DNA from: Utricularia gibba
Lineage: Eukaryota; Plantae; Magnoliophyta
Length of the DNA: 64,000 nucleotides
Direction: 5' to 3'
NCBI GenBank assembly: GCA_002189035.1
Contig: NEEC01000014.1
Location: forward strand, 1,984,001 to 2,048,000
Positions 25,371 through 36,493 of this stretch are shown here, piece by piece. The notes below the pieces were generated by a model. That model did not search any database and was not told the origin of the DNA. It saw nothing but the letters and a program-made list of their open reading frames with translations. The translations under genes were made by a program, and so were the position numbers. Every line of letters begins with the position of its first letter. The first letter of the stretch is position 1.

Positions 25371-27212
25371 TTATAGATTCTTTTGTGTGTGCGTGTCACG
25401 TGCCTCAGATCGATCCTTTGAAATTGACTAGATTACCCTTCCTTATCGTACTCGGATTCGGATGTCGGGTACTCCGAATTGCATAGTTTGTACATAAGCA
25501 AAACGTGTTATTTTTATTTTGAAAAATTCTTAATTTATGCTATCCGCTAATATTATCACGATTTACTGTTTATTTTTATATATGGCCACACTGTAATATT
25601 TTTAATTATAAATTTTAATGATATCATTTTTAATTTAATATAATTTAATTATTTCAAGAAGAAAAAACATCATATTTTTTAAAGAACTATGCCATAATTT
25701 TTTGATTCTCTATCAAATAAAAAGTATTATGATATGATGTATTGTGCTATTGATAAATAATATCATACTTAAATACTTAAATATCATACTAATAATAATG
25801 TTATTTTTTATTATGATATTTTAAAATTAATTATTAATCATTACATTGATACGATATTAGATTTAAAATAATTATTATATATTAAATTAATAATTATTGA
25901 ATTAAACTTGAAATGAAAACTTAAAAAATCAACTCTAAAATATGTTAATATTTTTAAAAATATTCGATACAAATCATTATTCTTTTTAAATAAAATGGCA
26001 CGTTTTGCCTTTGCGCCATGTGAACTATTTCCAAAAATGATCAATTGATGGCGTGTTTTGAACAAGAAAGTCCCATTGACTATAGACAAGTAATAGCATA
26101 AAGCACGATTTTGTTTCCCATTTTATGGCGCAGAAAGGCGGCGCCGTCGATGAATCGGGAAAATTCGGCAAACAACTACCGAATTTTATTTAAAATTATT
26201 TCCAAAAAAACTGATTCTGTATAATCATTTGCAAAATATTTATATTTCAAGTTTAAAATTTGAAAAATACCCATAATAGACACAATAATGTATGTACATG
26301 TGATTTGCCCTTTACGGAATTCACTCGTTTCCGTTGGGTGCAATTTCATTTTTTTTAATTCAATAATATATTGTAAGGCTAAGATCATGATATAATATTT
26401 CATATTAATTACGGACACAAGAATTGGCCTGTTAAATAAAAGGATCCTTTTAAATTTGCATGAAAATTTTTCCTCAAAATGAGAAACTATAAAAATACAA
26501 AATTGAATACTCAAAAACGATAAAATATCATATAAAAAGTATGATTCGTGATATTTCATGTAAAAGTCAAAAAGAGATATCATTTTACAAGTTGTTATAT
26601 ATATTTTTCATCTAAGAAAATAATGAACGATTAAAATATATCAATGTATTATTTCATGAGTTTACATCAAAATGATAACAATGTCACCAATAAATTTAAT
26701 AATATATAATTATGGAAAAGTATACGAATGCATTTTGTACATGATATCATAAATATATGGATTGTCAAATACTGCATTTATATTCAGCATTTAAATATTG
26801 ACTGTGTGTGTGGACATCTATTTTTTAAAAACAATTTATAAAAAAACAGATAATCGGTTATATATTATATGCAAACACTGGCATGTTGCAAACGTTTTCT
26901 ATTTTCCAATACAAAAACTTGTGATGTAGTTGTATAGTCAAATTAATTAAAAATTATTTAATTTGATCATTTTTAGTTTTTTTATTTATTAAATTACAAA
27001 TTTAATATTGAAATTGTTCGATTTTTTTTATACAAAATTTCTAAATTATCCATTTTGACATTTATTCTACCGTGTTGGATCCGAGGGCCAAAGCGATCAC
27101 ATGGAAGCCAGCTGGCTGGGAATGAGTTGGGTGATGAATTATTGCTAATTTTTTTTAAGTTTATCTTGTTTTGTGTAGGGAAGGAATCCGAAGTCCACAG
27201 TTCCTTGAGTCG

Positions 27213-28334
27213 ATGGAGAAGGAGGCCATGGGCGGACGGAGGGGCTATTTGGCGATGAAGACAGATTATTCAGCTGCTAATGAACAGATAAGCTCAGATT
27301 TGAAGGAAGTTGGGAATGCGGTGAAGAAGCTGGCTAATCATACTGTTTTGCTGGCGAATCTTGGATTTGGGTCTTCCTTTCTGAAATGGGTTGCTGCTGT
27401 TTCCGCAATGTAAGTGCAGCGAGTCAAAAAAAAAAAGAAGAAGAAAAATCTGGGTTTTATGCTCTTTGATTGCTTTCTAGGTTTTCGTTCCTGAATCAAT
27501 TTTATCAGTTGGTGTTGGATCTGATGAAATCAAGAACTGGGTTGATGTTATTTAGTTTCTTTTATTTACTGTTATTCAAGTAGAAGAAAGTGTTTATCTG
27601 GTGGTGCTGGGGAAATTATAGTTTTGGATCTGCAGATACTTGCTGGTGTTAGACAGGACAAACTGGAGAACCAACATTCTTACATCCCTCTTAATCCCTT
27701 ACATCTTCCTAACTCTTCCTACCTGGTTATTCAGATTGCTTAGGTAATCGAAGTTCTCCTTTTTATTCTTTAGATCCTATGAATTCCTCTTTGTTTTTAT
27801 AATCTTCACACGCAGGGGAGAGGTTGGAAAATGGATTGCTCTGATTGCAATCGTGCTGCGCCTCTTCATTCCCCGCCATTTTCCGGGTAAGATGTCATTT
27901 CTCTTACTGCAGCTTCAATCTAGTAACCAACCAGACCCCTTTGTTGCGTCCAGTTCAATGTAGAGTCCAGACAAAGTTTAGTTAAATTGTCACTAGCTTG
28001 ATAAGACAAGGGACTCATGATCCAAGTAAGATATGCTAGTTTGATTGTGATTGTAACCATGAATGATTCATGGGGTGCAGATTGGTTAGAACTGCCAGGG
28101 GCGTTGATTCTGCTACTCGTGGTGGCTCCAGAGTTTTTCGCTGATAAAATTAGGGGCCATCTGGCGGGAACTATTATATGCTTGATCATAGGATGCTACT
28201 TGCTGCAAGAGCACATCAGAGCTTCGGGTGGATTTAGAAACTCCTTCACAAAGAGGGAAGGCATTTCCAACTCCATTGGGATTCTCCTGCTCTTTGTGTA
28301 TCCTGTTTGGGCACTCGTGCTGCAGTTCCTGTAG
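27213..28334 (+). CDS. COR413-PM: Cold-regulated 413 plasma membrane protein (COR413-PM), multi-exon
   Basis: YLAMKTD...SDLKEVGNAVKKLANH, YLLVLDRTNWRTNILTSLLIPYIF, GEVGKWIALIAIVLRLFIPRHFPDWLELPG, YLLQEHIRASGGFRNSFT. The start may be 27213 or 27228. Confidence 0.93.
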
Positions 28335-28695
28335 AGTGCCGGTGCTCACACCCCGTTGCTGGCGAAGTTTAAATAAACTACTGGAAGCTGAACTTCAAAT
28401 ATATCCTCGTTCCAAGGCTTGCTACATATTTCTGTAAAGTGGTGAATTTGACGGCTCATTGTGTATGGTTTTTTTTTTGTGTGCAGTAAACTACGTTCCT
28501 CTGGTTTGAAAGGTATTTGTGAAATTCAAGGCGAATGATTATTCATCATGAAAATTAATGATTCTTCTGTTTCAGAATCTAAATATGCAATGCAACAAGA
28601 AGGGAAAGGGTAAGATTGAATAAACACAAGGCAGAAGAGCAGATTCTTTTATTGAAACTGTCTGCTGGAGGCACATGACATTATATGTAGCTAAA

Positions 28696-31600
28696 TCAGG
28701 TCAAGGATTTAGCCGCTTTGGCTTCAGCATAAAGATTGTCTATCTGATCCTGTCGAGGTTGAAAAAGAGGATGATATCTCAAACACCATCGTGCCTTCTT
28801 TTGAAAATGTGAATCATACTGAAATTGATTGAAAAAGATTACATACCTTGTAGTACTTGAGAAGAACAGGCCTCTTGAGTTTAAATGTTGGGGTAATCAG
28901 CTCACGTTCCGTGTCAAAAGGAATCGGTTCTAAATGAACAGCTCTTAGCAGTTCAAACCCACGAAGCTGCAAGGGAATTCAAGGGTTCAAGTTCTATTAA
29001 AGAGTAGAGCATCCAGGGAGATCTGAGGCATACACTATGGTTTTTGGCAGTGCTGTTAAGCTCATCAAGGATGTATTTTCTAGCGTTGATGTTGCTGCAC
29101 AAGGACTGGAAGTCTGCTTTCTCTTGATTTTCCCTAGCCCAATCTTCGAGTGCCTTCTTCTCTGGTATTGCCACTGCAACTAGAAATGATTCGAAGCTGT
29201 TCCCATACACCCAAATCTGCACAGAAATAGAATAGGGTCATTATGTGTTTTCAATGTGGAGTTGCCCTTTCACTCAAAGTATATTTATCTAGCTTACTGA
29301 TGTTATGAGAGGACATCTTGAGTAAATGTTCTCCAGGCTCTCGACGGCTACATACTCTCCTTGTGATAGCTTAAATATGTTCTTTTTCCTGTCAATGATT
29401 TTCATTGCTCCGTTTGGTTGCCATTCTCCAACATCGCCTGCAAAAGTAGTAGCTTAAAATTGGTCAACATGGCCTTTGAGAAGGTTTGCATCATTCTTTT
29501 TCCCCTCGCATGAGTTCTTTTCACCTGTGTGGAACCAGCCATCAACGAGGACACCTTCCAAAAGATCCGGCCGTTTGAAATACCCAGAAAACAAGGTGTT
29601 TCCCCTAAGACAGATTTCACCTCTTGGAACTGTAGAAAGTGCATCATATCCCATTTCAGGCACTGATTCAAGCCTTGCCTCGATTGTTGTCATAGGAACA
29701 CCAACTGAGCCCAACATGGAGAACTCATTGGCTATTGAAGTAAAGCACCCACCACAGCTTTCTGTAAGGCCTGAAGTCATGTGTGCTTCATCAAGCACCA
29801 TTTTGCGCACAAACGAACGAATGCACTCAAAATAAATAACATAAGGCATTGTGACTTTGAGTTGTGCCACAATGTGATTGCACATACCATAGCCTTGAGA
29901 TAGCACACAACAGCATGTGACCCTCAAGAACTCCTCTATATGCCTTGGTAGAGGTGCTGCTCCAGAAAGAATAAGACGAACACGACCACCAAATGCTTGT
30001 TTTATCTGAAACAAGAGCAAATTCAAATATTTCGAGAATAACTGATAAAAGCAAAACACATGAAAATGCTACAGACATTACTGAACACCAGCTTGTCCAT
30101 GGTAGGAGATGCCTCTTCTTGCTTTAGCCCTTTCTCCATATTCCACAATTTGCTGCCAGTGGTTTAGGAGTCTTTTCATTTATAGAAGACAAAATTCATT
30201 TCAAAATTATCTTGTTTCTCACATATTACTTACTAGTTGTAAGCAATATGGAACAGGGATTTCTTCAATGCGCCCCCAGCAGAAATTTTATCAACTATAC
30301 CTGAAAATGATCACACTTAAGTGTAGAATCTCACTCATTTCTTGCTCTACCTATGGAAACTTTTTTTACCAGTGTATATTCTATCAAAAACTCTTGGAAC
30401 CCCACAAAAGATCGTGGGCTTCAATACAATAAGATCCTCCATCAAAAATCGGATATCCTGCAAATTCATTGTAATCTCAAGCATTGGCGTTGTGTGCAGA
30501 AGAAATGAATTGAATGTATAAATGACCACCCTTACCCCTTGCCAAAATCCAATTGAAGAACCTCGACAAATACAATATGTCGAGATGATTTGATCAAATA
30601 TATGGGCCAATGGGAGGTAAGAGAAGTAGACGTCATCTTCAGTACCCTGAAGAGCACATCAATTAGGTAATGACAATGAATTCATCACTTGCAGTAAAAC
30701 ATATTCTGATTCCTTACAGCTTTGTCAGTCTCTTCAAGAAGTTGGTCCATGGACAGTACTTCTGCCATGAAGGTAGCATTGCTGAGAATCACCCCTTTTG
30801 GTTCTCCTGTTGTGCCACTTGTGTACATTATTGTGCATGTATCCGTCTTCTTCTTTTCAGGGAGATCAACATCCAAATCACCCTGGTAACACATTGATTG
30901 AAAGAAAAATGAAAAATGACAACATGATAGACAAAAAAATTGCATTGCGGCCAAGATGTATGTAGAGACTAACCAATAGATGAAACTCTTCCCACGAGAA
31001 GCAAGACACACCTACTTCCTCAGCTGCCTGCTTCTGCTTGTCTGAAACCTTGCCAAAGCTGACGATGGCTTCACAGTGGACCACCAATCAGATATCATCC
31101 AAGCATCTCAACAAAAATGTATATTATTAGCGCTAGGATTCGTATATTCTCGTACTTTTTAGATGCTCGGCACACTTGGATACGCAAGCTAGGATCTAAA
31201 GAGAGAGAGTGTCGAGTTACCTATAATGAAACAGCACAACAAGAACAATGAAAAAATCAAACAAGAAAAGAAGAAGGAAGCGTACGGAATTCAGCTTGAG
31301 TTCCTGAACAAACGCTATCTTGACTTCGGCATGAGTGATGATGAACTCCACAGCATTAGGACCTGGATCCCAGCATCCCCAGCACACACACAAACGAAAA
31401 ACTTAAGTTGCATTGAATCACAAGAATGCGTATGAAACCCAGAAAACAGGAATCAATGAGTACAAAAAACACTCCAAGGATCGCACACACGGAATTAGAA
31501 GAAAGACGAACAACCAACCGAGTGTATCATATAAGGGCACATATGTGATGGCCTGACTATTACAAGCCTCCATGGCGATGATCCATTCAGGACAATTCGC

Positions 31601-32288
31601 GCCATATATCCCACATCTATCTCCCTGATCACAAAATCTCAAACTTCAAAAACAAACTCTCCACTTTTTCATTATTATAACTGCACCACCGAAGTGTGTC
31701 CATTTCCCCCGTAGAGTTCTTTGAATAACTGAAAACACTCACAGGATTCACTCCACGGCGGCGCACGGCAGCGCCAGTTCTGATCGCCGCATCATAAACT
31801 TGCTTGTACGTCAGCCAGGTGTATCCTCCCGCCTGCCACCATACCAAATGATCTTCTCAACAGACCCGGGGCAGAAACGTAATTTCCAATAGAGCAAATG
31901 GACTACCCACCTTGCCTTCTTTGACCTGGCGACGACCCAGCATCTGGTTATCCGGGCAGCTCTTCGCACTTTTACTGAAACAAACAGATTCATTTTTAAT
32001 CCTAATAATTTAAATCTCAACGGTTATTAGCATTTGATTCGCGAACAACGATCGGAACGTTAGCCTAAGTGCCTGCAAATGTCATCCGTTGGGAAACCTG
32101 CGTGGCCCCTGACACGGCCGTGCAAATCCAGAAAATGTACCTCAAGAATTCCCAGGGAGACTCAATCGCCGGCGGGAGCTCCATGAGGCCATCTTTGGAG
32201 TAAATGCAGCGGTATACGGGACCCGCCGAGGGTTTCCCATCGGCCGCGGGGTAGCTCCGGCGACTTCCACAGTATAGTTTCTCCCCAT
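28696..32288 (-). CDS. LACS2: Long-chain acyl-CoA synthetase, LACS2-like, with an apparent -1 frameshift in exon 1
   Basis: [36 protein letters not shown]-binding [36 protein letters not shown]. The ATG at 32288 is out of frame with the rest from about 32245-32251; the exons I checked downstream splice in frame. Confidence 0.85.
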
Positions 32289-33000
32289 CGCGTAAGAAAA
32301 CCAGGTGAAGAAGAAGAACAAACAAGGGTCCAAGTATAAATGAGAAGGTAATGAGCTTTAGAGTGAGCTGAGTAATGAGCTGCTTGTTACAGATGGGAAT
32401 TTATTCAGGTAGTTGAAGCAACCCAACCCTCCCAGTTTGGCACTTCTTACTACTACTGGAAAAGAGGCAGCCGAAGCAAAACAAGCATGGATGATGAATG
32501 TGTTGATGTTGGGAGTGAGGAGGAGGAGTAACACCTCATCCAATTATTTGAGTCTGTTGTTGCGACAATAACTAGGTGAGGCTACTTATGTGTCTCTACC
32601 TACCATACTTCAATGCACCTTCAATAAAATCGCAATTACATGAATAAGATGCGTATTTACCATCTGAAGCACAATACACATTGCATTTGGTATCACTTCC
32701 ACTCTCCTTGGTTGCCCTGCCCTGATCATCACTTCCAAGCCATCCCAAGGTGGCTGGGCATACGTGGACGATGGATCCATCCAAGCACGACCTCTTAGGG
32801 GCTGGATGGTGAAATGGGGTTGGGCCAATTTGCTGAATTTCTTAAATGCCAGTTGCCAACCCCCACTTTTGCAATCACTCCGAGCTATTTAATGCCGCCA
32901 GCAGGGATTGCAGGTGGTATTAATTTCGGGATGAGGGAGGGCACTCTTCCTCAGGGTATATTTTATTCATTTCTCTTGGCCGTACACGTGTTGGGGATCT

Positions 33001-34266
33001 CTACCGTCGGTTGAATCTCTCTGGTGACACGAGAGCCTCTGGATCGCCGCTTCTAAGCCGGCTGGACGAGAATAGGGAACCGGCCGGTCCGGTTCCTGAG
33101 CGGAGAAACATGGGGCTGGCGAAGGATTTCGTCCTCCTGGATGAGCCACCTCCGCCGCTTGATAGGCCGAGGCGCGCGCTGTAATCTGAGAAGGGGAAGA
33201 ATCCGCCGATGCTCCGCCGCCAGAAGAATGGGGATTTCATGCCTCTGTAGTAGCGGAAGGAGAATACTCTGGCTTTTGCTTGTGAGCTGAAAGGGGAAGG
33301 GCGTTTGCTCCAGAAGGTTCCGCTGCCGATGCTGCCTCTACGGTAGCGCCACGGAGAAGCTGTTACCGGTTCTAGAATTAATCTCTCCGATCCTAGGTTT
33401 CGTTCGAAGCTGAACGAGTAGGATCTCTTCAACAGGAAGTCTCGTCGGGGGAATCTGTCCTCTGATTGATTGCTCTGCCGCGGCGATGGCTCCTGCGTGA
33501 TTTCTTCTTCTCCTTCTGGCACCGTTTCCGATTCGATCGGAAGTTCGGTTAGGGGTTCCAGAATTTCGAATATCATGTCATCGAGGCTCGGCCTAATCCT
33601 CGCTGCCATCAATGGAGTGAAGGGAGAATCCTGACGGAATATTCCGGCGCGGCAGAGTGGGCAATTCGCGTGGGATCGAAGCCAAATATCTATGCAATCA
33701 ACGTGGAAGGCGTGGGAGCAAACTGGCAGAGTACGGACGTAGTCATTCACGTCGAATTCAAGCAAACACACTGCACAGTCATGGAACCCGCTTTTCCGCG
33801 AGTACACCGATAGAGGAAGAGTCTTGATAAGCGATTCATCGAGTCCGTACGGCGAGAAGACGCGGAACCCATCGGTTGCGTCGAATGAGTACGGCATCGA
33901 CTCGATATCTCCAGCGGAAGTTGAAGGAACGAACATTCGCCGCCGCCGCCGCCATCGTCTGTAACGGCGGTAGAAGTGGATCAAGTGATGGGAAAGAATA
34001 CGTGAGTAGGTGATGATGACGAAAGCAGTCGCGATTATAACCACCATCGCTATCAACGGCGGACTGAAATCAACAGGAACTCTTGAAGACTGGCTGGACG
34101 ACGTCAAATTTGACAACGTGTAAATCGGCGGTTTCTCCAAAATCGCCGCCGTATTTGAAGCAGAAGAAGATGGGGAAGGTGTAGGCGTCCACAAGCCGTT
34201 TCCCTGCTGAATCGGCGTTGGCGTTGGCGCATGCGCCGGAGCAAGGGCTCGGCGGCGACGGAGCAT
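33001..34266 (-). CDS. ATL-family RING-H2 E3 ubiquitin ligase (ATL65-like), intronless
   Basis: TM helix PPLIAMVVIIATAFVII, basic patch, GLD motif (YGLDESLIK), RING-H2 CAVCLLEF...CSHAFHVDCIDIWLRSHANCPLCR; ATG at 34266. Confidence 0.9.
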   Translation of the reverse strand: MLRRRRALAPAHAPTPTPIQQGNGLWTPTPSPSSSASNTAAILEKPPIYTLSNLTSSSQSSRVPVDFSPPLIAMVVIIATAFVIITYSRILSHHLIHFYRRYRRWRRRRRMFVPSTSAGDIESMPYSFDATDGFRVFSPYGLDESLIKTLPLSVYSRKSGFHDCAVCLLEFDVNDYVRTLPVCSHAFHVDCIDIWLRSHANCPLCRAGIFRQDSPFTPLMAARIRPSLDDMIFEILEPLTELPIESETVPEGEEEITQEPSPRQSNQSEDRFPRRDFLLKRSYSFSFERNLGSERLILEPVTASPWRYRRGSIGSGTFWSKRPSPFSSQAKARVFSFRYYRGMKSPFFWRRSIGGFFPFSDYSARLGLSSGGGGSSRRTKSFASPMFLRSGTGPAGSLFSSSRLRSGDPEALVSPERFNRR

Positions 34267-34554
34267 CGAGTTGGAAGCCAGCTGCAGCCAGGTGTAAGTG
34301 AGAAATTGGCAATGACGAGATTTGAAGTTGACCGGAAAATGGTGCGGTTTACAGCATTCAAATGCCATCGTGATATTTACGGAATTAAATGTCACGTTGC
34401 TGGATTTAATGTAGGTGGGTGCAGGGTTCGTAGCTGTACCTTCGCCGTCGTGGGCCCAAATAAGAAACGCATGTGACCACCACGTGACACCCAAACACTT
34501 ATTTAGATTAGGGTTTTAGGACGCAGCTGGTGTTCCTTTCTCACAGAGACGAAA
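34267..34554. promoter_or_regulatory. Short bidirectional promoter between ATL and TOM6
   Basis: Only 288 bp between divergent ATGs; site II TGGGCCC at 34451-34457, G-box at 34481-34486, telo-box TAGGGTTT at 34509-34516. Confidence 0.6.
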
Positions 34555-34719
34555 ATGTTCCCAGGGATGTTTATGCGGAAGCCGGACAAGGCGGCGGCGC
34601 TGAAGCAGTTGAAGTCACACGTTACTATGTTCGGAGCATGGGTTGTTGTGATTAGGGCGGCACCCTACGTTCTGCACTACATCTCTGGCGAAAAAGAAGA
34701 ACTCACGCTTCAGCTCTGA
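34555..34719 (+). CDS. TOM6: Mitochondrial import receptor subunit TOM6 (54 aa; not in the ORF track)
   Basis: Manual translation MFPGMFMRKPDKAAALKQLKSHVTMFGAWVVVIRAAPYVLHYISGEKEELTLQL* matches plant TOM6 as I recall it. Confidence 0.93.
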   Translation: MFPGMFMRKPDKAAALKQLKSHVTMFGAWVVVIRAAPYVLHYISGEKEELTLQL

Positions 34720-35409
34720 ATCGGAACTATAGCGTTGTTTCCTACTCAGGTACAAAAGTCGTGTTTTGTTATTGAAGTCTGCTTGAAACTCTAAAAAACT
34801 CTTTGTCAATCCCGCATTGCGATGTCTTGTTCCGCTAATGATTTCAGGATTTGCACGATGCTTTCAATATTTCGTCTTGTTTTCTATTTAGGTTTTGAAA
34901 TTGGATGATCGGTTTTATGATACTGTGGGTGTGGGTGTATTCTATTTCAGTTGATAGAATTTCAGTAGAACAAGTCTGTAGTTGCTGTTGTTTAGGCTAA
35001 ACCGCGAGTGCAGATGAATGATGGGTTCTGCACTTCATTGCAGATATGCAGTTCTGAGAATGAAGTATTTGCACTCCTCCGGTCCGTTAAGATATTGCAA
35101 CTCTAGTGATGTTGAAATAAACTTCATTTAGCCTCTGTGGTATCCCCTAACTGTTCCCCGTTTACATCTTGCTTTTGGATATCTGATAGAAGTGTTTTTG
35201 CTCATCGATAACCATCTGCATGTTTTCCTTTACTCTTGCTGCGCATCATTCAGTAGTGAGTACCCTTTTATTGACAAAGCCAACAGAGCAAATGTAAATG
35301 GTTGAGCATAGATCAAATAGTCCATGCCATGACCTTATGGGAACCTTAAATACTCCAGCACTAGGATGGTCTTAACCAGGGAATGAGGTTTGAGCCATGA
35401 TGGATGGCT

Positions 35410-36202
35410 TCATTCAGAGCCGTAACTCACATCAGCGGTACCAACAGCTGTCTCCTTCGCGGCCTTCCCCGGAGGACGCTCACTGGCAGCATTGGCTGCA
35501 CCGTTATTCACTATCTGGCTAAACAGCTTCACAAGTTGAACCTGCAGATCCTGTTTACTCACCAAGCTTAATGCACTAACAGCTCCGAGTATGGTTAGAG
35601 CTGTCTTAGCTGTTGCAGATGCAAAAACCAATGCTTTTTGCAACGGTCCTGATGCTTCTGGCTGCCCCCCATTGTTCTCCCCATCCGCATTCTCTGTAGC
35701 TCCATTTTGAAGGAATTTCAGAAATGGTGTCAAGAGGCCATTGATATCCTTAGATTCACCAGCGAATGCAATGACTTCATTAATGACTTCCAAGCTCTTG
35801 CCCTTGTATTCCTCCAGCTCTTTGAGCAGTTTCGTTTGGCTCTGCTGGATCGCCGCTAAGGCCGTTTCTCTGTCGCGCAGCTGCTGCTGCGCTAGAGCCT
35901 GGAAAAGCAATTGTCATTTTGGCAATCCATCGAACACTTGAACGGCAGTGACACCAACTAAAAAAACGTTACAAATCGAATACCTGCAAAGAAGAAAGGT
36001 GGCCTTCAAGGGATTCAAGAGCCTCTCTTATATTCGCAAGGCATTTTGCTTCGTCTTCAACCCCGAGCTGTTGATTTTCTGCATCGGAACTCGCTTTTGA
36101 TTCACCTCCATTTTCTCCACTCGTCTGGCAACTGACTATCTTAGACTTCAACTCCAGGATTTTCGCCAAAAACAACGATACCGGATCTTCAGCGTCACTC
36201 AT
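35410..36202 (-). CDS. PDV2: Plastid division protein PDV2, divergent, 2 exons (35984-36202, 35410-35898), 235 aa
   Basis: LFLAKILELKSKI, LANIREALESLEGHLSSLQ|AL, LLKELEEYKGKSLEVINEVIAFAGE, TM segment, PPGK and terminal DVSYG match the PDV2 architecture. Confidence 0.85.
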
Positions 36203-36493
36203 TTCGAGTTCCCCAAATCCCAACTCTCTTCAGAATCGGCTGCGGCTGAGCGACAACGAACCACCTTGCTTGCCGACAAACGCAGCTTTGAAGTATAAAT
36301 ATTTTCAAGTGGATAAAAATTACTAAAAAATATCATGAAAAATCTCTAGAGTTATCTTGAAATCCGAAATTCTCACCTCACAAAAATAGAAGAAATCAAT
36401 AATTATCCGTACAAAAAATCAGATATTTCGTGTGGTTCAGGAAGAAATTTGATTACACATTGGGTCAAGTGTTAAAAGGCCCATTAGAACTGG

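Noticed and set aside
23732-25399. Several plus-strand ORFs (up to 161 aa) over CYP74
   Set aside because: These are antisense or alternative-frame artefacts of high-GC codon usage.
25841-26583. Minus-strand ORFs of 82 and 135 aa in the long AT-rich spacer, and a small AAATTCGG/CCGAATTT hairpin at 26161-26186
   Set aside because: The translations are low-complexity (I/F/K/N-rich) with no transposase or Helitron motifs; an 8-bp stem is expected by chance.
32241-32255. Programmed ribosomal frameshifting as the explanation for the LACS2 and PLT frame switches
   Set aside because: I see no slippery heptamer or downstream structure; a single-base indel is far more parsimonious.
32358-33000. Possible snoRNA or miRNA-like element and small ORFs between ATL and LACS2 (GATGATGA box, short stems)
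   Set aside because: There is no properly spaced D box or terminal stem, no long hairpin and no recognisable mature miRNA; it is best explained as ATL 3' UTR plus LACS2 promoter.
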